A stretch of 63,913 nt of DNA, counting the filler, from Octopus bimaculoides (Eukaryota), in the NCBI RefSeq assembly GCF_001194135.2. It is 7 parts of 7 records of this genome, joined end to end, with 100 filler letters (N's around TTAATTAATTAA, not from the genome) between each part and the next. Parts side by side here need not be neighbours in the genome. Positions count along the whole stretch, not along the records: positions 42,196 to 60,940 come from NC_068982.1; positions 61,041 to 62,716 come from NW_026403626.1; 5 more parts are not named here. One strand, given 5' to 3'. This document shows, piece after piece, positions 49,661 to 62,716 of this stretch. The notes below the pieces were generated by a model. That model saw only the letters and a list, made by a program, of their open reading frames with translations. It searched no databases and had not been told where the DNA came from. Made by a program: the position numbers and the translations under genes. Position 1 is the first letter of the stretch; each line of letters starts with the position of its first letter.

Positions 49661-50289
49661 ATAGTCTACAGCCGACTAAACCAAAGATGCGATTCAAAGA
49701 CCAGCTGAATTTCGCTTGCAAAAACCTAACATTAACATTTCTTGAGTGAAAACTTTCGCCACCCTCCGTTCACTTTGGAAGTCTCATTCTTTCAAATGAC
49801 ATTGAAAATATGGAGGACATATGCTCTCAGTAGCACCACACGAAACTAGCAAAGATGCTTACTCTGCTACTGAAGAAGCTACACAGAACTGTCATCAGCC
49901 ACAAACCCTTTATCATTCAGATTACTTTGTCAAATATAATGCTTATTCATTCATTGTTTTAAATTAATCATGCATTATCACATAGCTTCAAAATTTCGAT
50001 GATGTAATTGCTTTTTTTTTAGAATTGCCTTTTGGGATAGGTATGAGAGATCGAGTTTGGCCAGTTTGAACATTAAACAAGTAGAATATTTGGAACTGAT
50101 ATGACTGATTTAAATGCTAAAAGGCTAAATCTTCATTGAGATTTATTTCAAGAAGTGGTACAAGAGATACAAAGAGGTGGAGGGAAGCCTGTGTTTGATC
50201 CAGCAAGAATGTTCACTCTTCAACATCAAACCATGCCTAAACGAGAGTTTGATGTAGATGAGCTAAAGTCCGTCACTCTTTAAATTACT

Positions 50290-50505
50290 AATAGTCTACA
50301 CTCCATGTGGAAGCTAAGAAGAGACTAAAAGGCTGGGTATCATTAGGGAGTCTATCGAGTCTTAAACAGAATCACAATAACTGACAGATACCCACTGCCA
50401 AAGATACATGAGTTTACAGCTCAATTGAATGGAAAATAGACATTTGCCAAAGTTGACCTTGTACAAGTTTAGATCCTTGTTCATCTAAAGGATGTACGCG
50501 AGACC
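50290..50505 (+). pseudogene. Ty3/Gypsy reverse transcriptase fragment
   Basis: LH.V...YRVLNRITITDRYPLPKIHEFTAQLNGK*TFAKVDLVQ resembles Gypsy SPLH.VPK..DYR.LN..T..DRYPLP.I......G...FSKIDL. Confidence 0.8.
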
Positions 50506-50841
50506 ATCGATTGTGAGTCTATCAAACGAATTACGTCACACTTCTTCACATCTAAACTGTTGCAAGAGAAATAAATGAACTGTGATAAAATATTAGAATA
50601 TCTAAATGATTATCTGTACCTTGGCGCTTAAGGATTACTGCAAGGTCGACACATTGCTGTTTACATTGTAACATCACAAACATCTTCTTTATTATTAAAC
50701 ACTGCAATGAGAATCTGATTCTGTTGGAACAAGCGAGGGACATTTCGCATACAAAGTCTCTCCAAATGTTGAATATAACGGCCAACTGTTGTAGCGCAGT
50801 CGTCATCGTCATCGTCGGCGTCGTCGTCGTAGTCATCGTCG

Positions 50842-50929
<88 letters not shown>

Positions 50930-51430
50930 AATCATCATCAAAATGTCATTCCTCTCCTCATTTACATGCATTAAGATACTTAAAGCGTGAAAATACTACA
51001 ATCACACCAAACTCCATATACTACTGTATGGTATGTGTATGTGCGTGCGTGTGTGTGTGTGTATGTGTGTGTGTATAGATGTATTAGCAAATCCATGAAC
51101 AAAAAATAACGAGAAAAATTAACAAGTCAATTGGACGTACAGATTGAATATATTAATCTGTGTGTATGCATGTGTGCACTCAAACTACATACATAGACAC
51201 AAATACACTCACAGTGGAATACATACTCAGTTACATGTATGCACACGCACCATACTACTATGGTGTAACAGTTCATCTCTTTTTAATCTATAAAAATGTC
51301 AACAAGAGAAATCTGACGGGATGGTCAGCATTTAATCACGGAACTTCTCTGTCAGGGTTAACTTGGTGTTAAACAACTATTATTCTTGAAATCAGTAAAA
51401 GCTTCTTGAAAAACCTTGTAATAATAGAAG

Positions 51431-51520
51431 AAGGTATGGCTGTGTGGTTAAGAAAATCGCTTCTCAACCACATAATTTCGGGTTCAGAGCCATCGCTCAA
51501 CACCTTGGCCAAGGGCACTT
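51431..51520 (+). mobile_element. SINE family A head, decayed
   Basis: AGGTATGGCTGTGTGGTTAAG...CAACCACATAATTTCGGGTTCAG...CACCTTGGCCAAG. Confidence 0.65.
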
Positions 51521-52532
51521 CGATGCTTTTGGGGTAAATTTGCATGAAAATTTATTGCATGTAAAACCATGAGTAAACTACTAATGACTAATGTTGTGAT
51601 TTGTAAATTCGACTGCAAATGAAAATGTACTTATTACATGCTAAATGTACTTATTACATGCTAAATATCTTCTGGAATATCTTCCTTATGTTCACATTCT
51701 ATTAATGTAATTGCAATTTTCTAATTAGTCGTTCTCGTTCGGGTTTTCAAAAGCTCAATTGCACAATAATGTTACATGTTACATTTATCCCTTCATCTGA
51801 TGACCTGTTGCAGTAGAGTTGTGAAACTTCTTGACTGTATATCCTTAGTCATCAATCAGGAAATACCATGCGAGAAGTCCCTTTTTTTCTCTTATGATGT
51901 TATCTTTATCATGCATGCAGACTTGACCAAAGAATGCTCTTCGACACTTGGTGCTTAGCAAATGCTGGGATCGAACCCGGTATCATTTTACTGTTCTATG
52001 CTGGGATCGAACTCGGTATCATTTTACTGTTCTACTACTGCGATTATTTTCCCCTTGTTCCTCGAGATTAAGGATTGATTTTGATTGACTTCGCACATAG
52101 AATTTGATCTCAGAAACGTAATGGCACAGAACTAAATATTGTTGTCAATTCCTCTGGAGACGTTTCAATTTATCTTCACCAAGTCTATCTGGCTGTTACA
52201 AATTGGTGTCAGATAAACTGGGAATGTTATATGCGACATATCAACGTCTTCTCCAAGCGAAATTTCTTTTTTCTCTCGTATCACAGAACTGGCCTAAAAG
52301 TCATTCGGCGTTTAGGGCAAATGTTATATGCATTTTTAAATGGAACCTGTCTACGGCTAAGTAGGTTTGGCCCAATACAAAGAACAACGCCTATAATCAT
52401 GTACGAGTTGAGGACAATGCATTGACAAACAGACAGACACTACAGTACTTTTGTGGGCTTTGTACAACTTCTAAGTTACTGTACAGCATTGTCCTGTAAT
52501 ACAAATGCAAATTGTTATATGTAAGCACATGA

Positions 52533-52609
<77 letters not shown>

Positions 52610-53833
52610 TGATGATGATGATGATGATAATGATGATGATGATGATGATAATTCAACTGAGCTGTATTAAATGGAATTATTTGTCCAATGCAAGGATAAA
52701 CATGCTGTCACAGTGCCTACTGACCTCATTTAATAAGTAAACATCGCTGTAATAAATCAGTCAGTTTCACTATTATCTAAACATGTGATCAACTTTGCTT
52801 TCTTGAAAGAAAAGAGAAAAGCGAAGTCGCAGTTATAGAAAACCTATAAACCGCCATGTTATGTGATAAAATTAAAAATGTATTCGTATTTTATTGCGTA
52901 ATATGACTGGTAAATAACCACAAATTTGTAAAGTATGCAAAGGGAAGAGTTAGCGCTAACAAAGTTACAAATTAAATAACAGCATTTAGTTTCGTGCCTT
53001 ACATTTTTGAGATTAAATTCTATTGATAAAGTCACTCAAGATTAATCTTTAGTCTCGAGAAACAGGGGAAGACAACTGCGATAGTAGAACACTGATTTAA
53101 CTCAGGGAAATAATTATTTCTCCCCTTTATATTGCAAACTTTTCACTGTATTAACAAAAGGTTAGAATATTAACAAAAGGTTAGAAAGCATCTTGAGCTG
53201 AGTATGACACATATGTTTACTCCTTTACTTCCACGCATGACTGAACCCTAAACAACAACAAAATTCCTATAGCAAACCAAAATAGATATTTTCACCATAC
53301 CGTTCTATTTATCTATTAACACCCTATAAATACATATTTTCCTCCTACCCTCCTCTATTCACTCCTTCCTACATAACTACGTCCTTCACCTTACCCAAAT
53401 ATCATTATCAACCATACGACTCCGCTGATCAAAAACAATCTATCAAATACTATATAAAAGCATAAAGATCTCTTTTACTTCTAAACCTGACTGTATCTTA
53501 AACAAAATTCTCACAGCAATCCAAACTATAACTCATTACCATACCTTTCCATTGATCTACACTCTAAAAGCATTTTCTTTTTGACCTCCATTTACCCTCT
53601 TTCTACACAACTACTTTACCTGTCAGGCTACAATCATAATCAGCACAACCTGTCAAGGACTTTATGAAAGCGAAAAGAATCAAAGTAAATCACAGTCTCA
53701 TGAAGGCAAGCAAGCAGAAACTTCGAAGCACTGTTAACTTTTTCTTTGTAAGAGTTAATATACATGTACTCTACTAAAAGTCATTGAATAATCGCTCAGC
53801 TTAAAGTTAATTTTGACATGAAAACAAACATTA

Positions 53834-53915
<82 letters not shown>

Positions 53916-54454
53916 GAGAAGTCAGTTAAGCGAGATATATTTTAGTTGAAGCAGATGGCCGATAGAAAGAGAAAAACGTAGGCTCGCCTTTAATAAAAGG
54001 CTTGGTTTGAAATTCCAAGAGATTTATTGAATACGATAGGCACCAAAGTAGACCGTGGGAGTATAAGTGGTTGGACCATCACGACTCTAACGACTAAAAC
54101 GAGTACACTGGTCCTAATATATTAATGCGCAACAAGTACTTAACTTATGTTGCAATACATGCATATATGTATATGTTTGTATATGCGTGTGTATGAATAT
54201 GTATGGTGATTCTTTCACATATCACGATTCTAAAAACAATACTTTTCTACTATAGTAAACTAGAATGCTATTATCAAAAGTTAATTCTCAACGAGTAATT
54301 AACTAATGTATTTTACAAAGAATGTCACAATCGAAAAGCTCAGGAGTCGGTAGCACAACAATGATATAACTAATAATGATAATAATGACTGTAGTAATAA
54401 TAATCAAAATAATAATGACTATTATTATTGCTGTTATTATTACTGCTACCATTA

Positions 54455-54665
54455 AGTTGGTGAGCTGGCAGAATCGTTAGCACACCGGGCGAAATTTTTA
54501 GCGGTATTTCGTCTGTCTTTATGTTCTGAGTTCAAATTCCTCCGAGGTCGAATTTGCCTTTCATCCTTTCGGGGTCGATAAATTAAGTATCAATGAAACA
54601 CTGGGGTCGATGTAATCGACTATTTTCCACCCACCAAATTTGAAGCCTTATTCCTCCGGTAGAAA
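54455..54665 (+). mobile_element. SINE family B, full length
   Basis: GGTGAGCTGGCAGAATCGTTAGCACACCGGGCGAAA...GTTCTGAGTTCAAATTCCTCCGAGGTCGAATTTGCCTTTCATCCTTTCGGGGTCGATAAATTAAGTA...CTGGGGTCGATGTAATCGACT. Further copies at 55075-55280 (+) and 55425-55600 (-). Confidence 0.9.
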
Positions 54666-55608
54666 GCATTATTATTATTAACCTAAACCTTAGTTGTCAA
54701 TGTTCATGTTTAAAATAATCTGATTAATTGTTATATTGACTGTTATTCCAGTTTTTAAATTTTTTTTACTTAAANNNNNNNNNNNNNNNNNNNNNNNNNN
54801 NNNNNNNNNNNNNNNNNNNNNNNNNNNNNNNNNNNNNNNNNNNNNNNNNNNNNNNNNNNNNNNNNNNNNNNNNNNNNNNNNNNNNNNNNNNNNNNNNNNN
54901 NNNNNNNNNNNNNNNNNNNNNNNNNNNNNNNNNNNNNNNNNNNNNNNNNNNNNNNNNNNNNNNNNNNNNNNNNNNNNNNNNNNNNNNNNNNNNNNNNNNN
55001 NNNNNNNNNNNNNNNNNNNNNNNNNNNNNNNNTCTTTCCTATTATCATTGGTGTCGGCCAGCTTGAAACACTTAATAATACAAATAGATGCAAGGCAGCT
55101 AACGAAATATTTAGCAGTATTTCGTCTGGAGTTCAAATTCCTACGAGGTCGACTTTGCCTTTCATCTTTTCATCTTTTCTGAGGTCGATAAAATAAGTAC
55201 CAATTGAGCACAGGGGTCGATATAATCGACTTACATCCTCCCCCGAAATTGCTGGTCATTTGCCAGAATTTGAAGCCAATACTACAAATGACCTTTTGCT
55301 ATCGTTGTTTTTCCACAGTTGAATTTAAATGTCGAAACAATAACTTTTACTCACTCCAGAAGAATTAGGTGGAAATTTAAAAAAGAAAATTTCAAGGTCA
55401 TCTTGTCAGTTATCTAGAACGATAAAATACAATGTCGATATAATCGAACCCATTATCTGATTGCTACTTTATGTTATCGACCCGTAAAGGATGAAAACTA
55501 AAACTGACCTCGTGGGGTGTAAATTCAGGTTGTAATAATCCAGAAAAAATACCGCAAGACATTCCAACGCCCTAACAATTGTGACAACTTAACACTGTAA
55601 GCACAATG

Positions 55609-56027
55609 ATTATGGCCACACCATCAATGCAGAGCACTATGCCAACATTCTGAGGCAGTTATCAAAGGCTATCAAGACCAAACGCCCAGGAAAACAGACG
55701 AAAGGGGCCTTGTTTCATCAGGACAATGTTCCAGTACACAAGTCCTTGATTTCATCCCCCAACCCCTATTCTCTTGATTTTACCTCATGTGACTATGATC
55801 TGTTTTCTAACATGAAAAAACGATATCGCTGTGATGATAACGTAATATATGCTGTTGATTCTTGATCAACAGGATGAAAGCATCTTCAGCAATGGGATCC
55901 AATCACTGCAACACCGATAGAAGAAGTGTGTTGACTGCAAGGGGATCTATGCTGAAAAATAGAACCCAATTTGTCACATTCCGTGAGAGTTTCTTGATCG
56001 GCCTATGAACTTTTCAGCCGACCCTCG
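55609..56027 (+). mobile_element. mariner 3' half with right TIR
   Basis: GHTINAEHYANILRQL..AIKTKRPGK..KGALFHQDNVPVH, PYSLDF.SCDYDLF, KKCVDCKGIY; ends GAACTTTTCAGCCGACCCTCG|TA. Confidence 0.85.
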
Positions 56028-57429
56028 TAATTGTTCTTTACACCTGTTTCAATAGATAGATTAAAATACTATCATTGATATAATTACGTAATTAACATAC
56101 ATATCAATTTAATTGAATGTGATGAGTTACCCATTTTGCTAAAGGAGAAAGGTTGGAAAATAGAACTCAAAATATTGTTATTATTTCGAATGTGAATTAT
56201 AATTTTAAATAACAGCCATATGGCACGATGACTTGCATATTCTTAATACGCTCCAGCAGATTCTAACCTAAATGTTGTGTATATCGCACGAGAACCGTTT
56301 CACCGTTTTTACGACGACAATGTGCACATAATACACTCAACTCATTGATGCAAGGGATTCCGGGATACCCGTATTTTGGCATGTAGTGTCTCATCAGTCT
56401 GGCACATCGGACCTTTGAATCTAAACAAGAACCGTTGATTTTGTTTATAATTCCAATGAACAAACTGTTCGCTCATCAGTGCTGATATCTGCCAACCGGT
56501 AATAAATTGTTATTTGTATTATGAACAGCGAAACCTGAAAGGATTACTTGCATATTATTCTTAATGCGTTTCGCTAGATTCGAGCGCAAATATGCTAATC
56601 GCTGTTGTGTATGTTGCAGGAGAACATCGCCTTCCTTTTACGCCGACAATGAGTTCATAATGAGTTCATTTGTTCAAGGGATTCGGGGATTCCGGTATTT
56701 GGACATGTGTCTCGTCAACTAGAAGGGCCATGGACCTTTGAGACTAACCTGTCATATGACAATAGATTCTTCTTTGTATTTAACGTAATCTCACCGGTTT
56801 CTCCAGTTGACACCTATAGATAATTAATCTGTTTGATATCTCTATATAGTCATACTGAATATATTTGACATTTACAGGTCAAAGTGTTATCTAACAAATA
56901 ACAGTAAGCAATCAAACTACGTTTTCTTAGAATTGTGGAAATTAGTAGAGATTTTGACAGTGTTTGTCTTAAAACATTAGGATACTTAAGATATTAGGAC
57001 AATAAAGAAGTAGAATATTTTAATCTTAGAATAAATAAGCTATAAAATATTTAGCCTAGCAATAAGGGATAAGAATGGGGAAGTTTACATTATTAAGGTT
57101 TAAAATTATTAAAGTTTTTAACAGTTAGTGTAGTTATTTTGTAAAGGTGACTAGCTGACAATTTATATTGCATTGTAACAATGCATTGAAGTTTAACGGT
57201 GGGTTAGTAATTGAACTCTCATATAGCGAAGATATTTCTATATTATAATTACTGATATAAATGGTGGATGGCTGGCTGGTTGACTGGTTGATAGGTTGGT
57301 ATCTCCAGGCACATTATACATCGTTTGGAGAACGCAAGAAAAGGGGTACAAGAGAGAAGACAGAGTTAATGTAAGAGGTACAGGATGAGGACACCTCCTA
57401 GGATTGGTGCAAGGCAATGAGTAAAAGAA

Positions 57430-57467
<38 letters not shown>

Positions 57468-58342
57468 ATATGTATATATATATATACATACATATATATA
57501 TNNNNNNNNNNNNNNNNNNNNNNNNNNNNNNNNNNNNNNNNNNNNNNNNNNNNNNNNNNNNNNNNNNNNNNNNNNNNNNNNNNNNNNNNNNNNNNNNNNN
57601 NNNNNNNNNNNNNNNNNNNNNNNNNNNNNNNNNNNNNNNNNNNNNNNNNNNNNNNNNNNNNNNNNNNNNNNNNNNNNNNNNNNNNNNNNNNNNNNNNNNN
57701 NNNNNNNNNNNNNNNNNNNNNNNNNNNNNNNNNNNNNNNNNNNNNNNNNNNNNNNNNNNNNNNNNNNNNNNNNNNNNNNNNNNNNNNNNNNNNNNNNNNN
57801 NNNNNNNNNNNNNNNNNNNNNNNNNNNNNNNNNNNNNNNNNNNNNNNNNNNNNNNNNNNNNNNNNNNNNNNNNNNNNNNNNNNNNNNNNNNNNNNNNNNN
57901 NNNNNNNNNNNNNNNNNNNNNNNNNNNNNNNNNNNNNNNNNNNNNNNNNNNNNNNNNNNNNNNNNNNNNNNNNNNNNNNNNNNNNNNNNNNNNNNNNNNN
58001 NNNNNNNNNNNNNNNNNNNNNNNNNNNNNNNNNNNNNNNNNNNNNNNNNNNNNNNNNNNNNNNNNNNNNNNNNNNNNNNNNNNNNNNNNNNNNNNNNNNN
58101 NNNNAGAAAAATAGAGAAATTAAGAAGGGAAGATAGACAGAAAGAAAGACACCAGCCATTTCTTATCACAAGCGGAGGAAAATGGAACCATTTTGTTTTC
58201 TATTAGATAGAAATATAATTTCTAAAGCCCTGATAATGTAATATATGTTGTGTAACTTCAACAATACTCTGAGGCTACTCTCTGACTGGTAAATGGCTAA
58301 GTAGCAGCGCTACCATATTACAAATGTATCATTGTGATTATC

Positions 58343-58397
<55 letters not shown>

Positions 58398-58819
58398 GCA
58401 ATAATAATGCATGGTTGCAATTCACATGTGATTTATTACATGGGTTTGATCTATCTCAGATTTACAGGGCAAAGTAAATGAGATTGCATTGAATTCTTCG
58501 TATCTCTGCCAAGACATTGGCATCGTTCGTTCTCTTTCTCACTGGGAATTGGAATTTAGTTCTGTCCACCAACTTGTCTCCACCAACTTTACTCCAACTT
58601 GTCATCAATACCCTCTCCCACGCTTCTCTTTCTTTCTCTTTTCCCCTCCCTCTCTCCCTTTCTCCCTCTCTCTCTTTCCCTTTCTTTCACTCATTCCCTC
58701 TGTCTGTCTGCCTGCTTGTCTGTCTGTTTGTTTGTCTGTTTGTCTGTCTGTCTGTCTCTCTGTATGTATGTATGTATGTATGTATGTATGTATGTGTGTG
58801 TGNNNNNNNNNNGTGTGAG

Positions 58820-58854
<35 letters not shown>

Positions 58855-59464
58855 TGTTTATGTGTCCTTCATCTTTTGAACGAACGCATACAAATGAGAA
58901 ATTCGAAGAAGCGACGGCGTGAATCATCCACTTCGAATGAACGAATTTATATTTTATGTGAATGTGAATGTGTATGTATGTATGTATGTATGTATGTATG
59001 TATGTATGTATGTATGTATATATGTATGTATGTGTGTGTGTACACATATATGTGTCTGTGGCTTACAATGCTGTTTGTGCATTTATGGAGGATATGTGAA
59101 GAATACAGCGAGCCATTATGAATCTGCTATCAGAGAAAAGTATTGACAGGAAGAGAAATATCCTAACCAATTCCATCCTAGTCCAATTTATTGTATAGAG
59201 AGACATGTTAGATCTAAAACACGTGATAACTGGTTGATTCTGCGGTATAAGGCGCTATTGTCTTATTTGCCAATGTTTTTTGGGTTTTTTTCTTTCGTAT
59301 TCATCCTTTTGGAAGTGAAAGAAGTTAAGAAGAAGATGAGGCTTACATTTTGTGGTGGCGTATGTCGAAAATCGAAGCTGCAAGCCACTTCAGTAGGCCT
59401 TCAGTTTGGTCGTATTTTACTACCTACAAACGCAACAACAATAACAATATTATTCTTATATTCT

Positions 59465-60510
59465 TTTATTCTTTTACTTGGTTCAGTTATTTGACTGGGA
59501 CCATGCTGGAGCACCGCATTAAAGGGTCCTTTTAGTGGAAGAAATCGCTCTCAGGACTTATTCTTTGTAAGTCTTTTTCTTATTCTATCGGTCTGTTTTG
59601 TCGAACCGCTAGGTTACGGGGACGTAAACACGCTAACATCGGTTGTGAAGCGATTATGGACACACACACACACACACACACACATAAACACACACAAATA
59701 TTGAAGGGGATGTTTCTATGTGGCCTGCTTGTGTGTTGCACCTTGTTTACCATTTTTGTCCTTGTTCTTTTGCCACGTCATGTACCCAGTTATGTATCTA
59801 TATGTACATGTGGATGAACGTATATACATACATGTACATATATATGCATATACTCATATATTGTTTGTATCACGACAGAACACTCGCGTTACAGTAAGTT
59901 TTTAACTATTTTTCTAACGCGACTCTCTCTATTTCTATCTCCCCCTCTCATTCTTCCCTCTACTGTTCTTCGCCTCTACCTGTCACTACTTCTCTNNNNN
60001 NNNNNNNNNNNNNNNNNNNNNNNNNNNNNNNNNNNNNNNNNNNNNNNNNNNNNNNNNNNNNNNNNNNNNNNNNNNNNNNNNNNNNNNNNNNNNNNNNNNN
60101 NNNNNNNNNNNNNNNNNNNNNNNNNNNNNNNNNNNNNNNNNNNNNNNNNNNNNNNNNNNNNNNNNNNNNNNNNNNNNNNNNNNNNNNNNNNNNNNNNNNN
60201 NNNNNNNNNNNNNNNNNNNNNNNNNNNNNNNNNNNNNNNNNNNNNNNNNNNNNNNNNNNNNNNNNNNNNNNNNNNNNNNNNNNNNNNNNNNNNNNNNNNN
60301 NNNNNNNNNNNNNNNNNNNNNNNNNNNNNNNNNNNNNNNNNNNNNNNNNNNNNNNNNNNNNNNNNNNNNNNNNNNNNNNNNNNNNNNNNNNNNNNTACCA
60401 TTTTTGTCCTTGTTCTTTTGCCACGTCATGTACCCAGTTATGTATCTATATGTACATGTGGATGAACGTATATACATACATGTACATATATATGCATATA
60501 CTCATATATT

Positions 60511-60556
<46 letters not shown>

Positions 60557-60719
60557 GACGAGCGTCTTTCAGTTTCTGTCTACCAAATCCATTCACAAGA
60601 TTTTGGTCAGCCCGAGGCTATAATAGACGACACTTTCCCAAGGTGCCACGAAGTGAGATTGTACCTGGAACCATGTAACTGGGAAGCAAACTTCTTACCA
60701 CACATTCACGCCTGCGCCT
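59465..60719 (-). mobile_element. SINE family A apparently split by insertion(s) in its internal microsatellite
   Basis: Tail at 59465-59655 and head/body at 60556-60719 lie in the correct order and orientation. Between them are (CA)n, two copies of repeat M and a gap. Confidence 0.6.
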
Positions 60720-61146
60720 ACACATACATATATGTATGTATGTATGTATATATATAAAAACAAATAGTAAATGAGTATATGCATATATACGTACAGGTAT
60801 GTGCATACCTACATCCACCTGTACGTATAGGTGCATATCTGGGTACAGGACATTGCAAACAAAACGTAGACAAGAAATTAATGATAATCAGAGTACAGAA
60901 AACACACAAGCCACATAGAGAACATTTTCCTTCATCAGCTNNNNNNNNNNNNNNNNNNNNNNNNNNNNNNNNNNNNNNNNNNNNTTAATTAATTAANNNN
61001 NNNNNNNNNNNNNNNNNNNNNNNNNNNNNNNNNNNNNNNNCCGGAACCATGTGGTTGGTAAGCAAGCTACTTACCACACAGTCACTACTGATAAATTTCT
61101 TTTTGTGGTTTTCAAAACGTTGTAATTGTGTATTGTTACTTGGTTA

Positions 61147-61270
61147 GCGAGGCGTGTGGCTTAGTGTGCTAGCACCATGATCGTAAGGTCATGGTTTCGA
61201 TTCCTGGACCGGGCGACGCAGTTGTATTCTTGAACAAGACACTTCATTTCACGTTGCTCCAGTCCACTGG
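61147..61270 (+). mobile_element. SINE family D head
   Basis: GAGGCGTGTGGCTTAGTG...GGTTTCGATTCCTGGACCGGGCGAC...CTTGAACAAGACACTTCATTTCACGTTGCTCCAGTCCACT. Confidence 0.75.
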
Positions 61271-61685
61271 GCCTTTTCTTGTCGAGAGTCCCGGATGAAC
61301 CTACCTCACGGCAAGAGGGGCAAATGAGGGTAGCTACATCAAACTCCATTCTTCACCACGGGCCACATATTGGAGGAGGCTCTCAGTAATAACAGTGTAG
61401 CAAAATGGCAGTGCATCACCATGGCCCCAGCTCGTTAAATGAAGACAGTCTGTACTTGAAAGGGGATGTTCCCTTCAGAGTTTAAAGATGCCCTTGTTAA
61501 CCAACCAATGCATCGTTTCATTTCAAGGATTCTTAGTTACCCACCTATTACAGGCTGAGTTTCTTGGTGTGGGCCCAAACCGGAGACCCACATACAAGTA
61601 CAGACTTAACAACTGCTCTGAAGAACTGTCTCTTCAATTTATCCGGTAGGGTTCACTTTCATATTGCCCTAAAACCGTCTACAGC

Positions 61686-62070
61686 TGTGGTTGGCGTTAG
61701 GAAGGGCATCCAGCTGTAGAAACCCTGCTAGATCAGATTGGAGCCTGGTGTAGGCATCTGGTTTCACCAGTCCTCAGTCAAATCGTCCAACAAAGCACCC
61801 ACTACACTCTCCGAGCGTTAGGAAGGGCATCCAGCTGTAGAAACCCTGCCAGATCTGATTGAAGCCTGGTGTAGCCATCTGGTTTCACCAGTCCTCAGTC
61901 AAATCGTCCAACAAAGCACCTTCTACACTCTCTGAGTGGTTGGCGTTAGGAAGGGCATCCAGCTGTAGAAACTCTGCCAAATCAGATTGGAGCCTGGTGT
62001 AGCCATCTGGTTTCACCAGTCCTCAGTCAAATCGTCTCCAACCCATGCTAGCATGGAAAGCGGACGTTAA
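61686..62070 (+). repeat. Three tandem copies (121/128-bp spacing) of a Nin/Deu-domain SINE segment
   Basis: GCGTTAGGAAGGGCATCCAGCTGTAGAAA at 61694, 61815 and 61943. The last copy continues to the tail ACCCATGCTAGCATGGAAAGCGGACGTTAA. Confidence 0.85.
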
Positions 62071-62436
62071 CAACTATTTCAAATCGTGGAAATTGATAGA
62101 AGAACTACAAACACAATATTTGAAAATGTATATTTTTTTTATTATTTAATTAAAAAAAAACCGTTATATCACAGCCAGATGATAAAGTTTATAGTTTTCG
62201 GGTGAATTGGTGATGGGAAATTAGTCATTTTCTTTACATATGAAGGGGTTTTTTGTTAAGCGTGATGCCTACATCGGTCTATTTCGTTGTATGTAAGTTA
62301 CCAGAGATTGTATATCATAGCAAAAACCCCCCAAAGTTCTGAGAACAAAGACCCTTATTTTTCATACTTGCATCATCTACGCCCTTTTTAACAAATTATC
62401 CAGGGATATATATGCTTTACCAGGGCCTCCAATATT

Positions 62437-62716
62437 GGAAGGATTTTACTGGGGTCTCTGGTAAAGGGTTCCGTTTGATTTGTTGTCTGTAAAACCCGGC
62501 CACGTTCGCTGTGTTAGGGGTCGCTATTTGTCTCACCAAGTCCTCGATAGAGGAAGGATTTTACAGGGGTCTCTGGTAAAGGGTTCCGTTTAATTTGTTG
62601 CGTGTAAAAACGGGCCACGTTCGCTGCGTTTGGGGTTGCAATTTGTCTCACCAAGGCCTCAATAGAGGAAGGATTTTACTGGGGTCTCTGGTAAAGGGTT
62701 CCGTTTGATTTGTTGT
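62437..62716. repeat. 115-bp minisatellite, at least 2.4 copies, runs into a gap
   Basis: GGAAGGATTTTAC(T/A)GGGGTCTCTGGTAAAGGGTTCCGTTT at 62437, 62552 and 62667. Confidence 0.9.

Noticed and set aside
51633-52033. Short tandem duplications (20 bp at about 51633, 36 bp at 51962-52033; 19 bp at about 53150)
   Set aside because: Ordinary local slippage duplications with no further structure.
61686-62716. CRISPR-like arrays
   Set aside because: Whole units are repeated with no unique spacers, the context is eukaryotic and there are no cas genes; these are ordinary tandem repeats.
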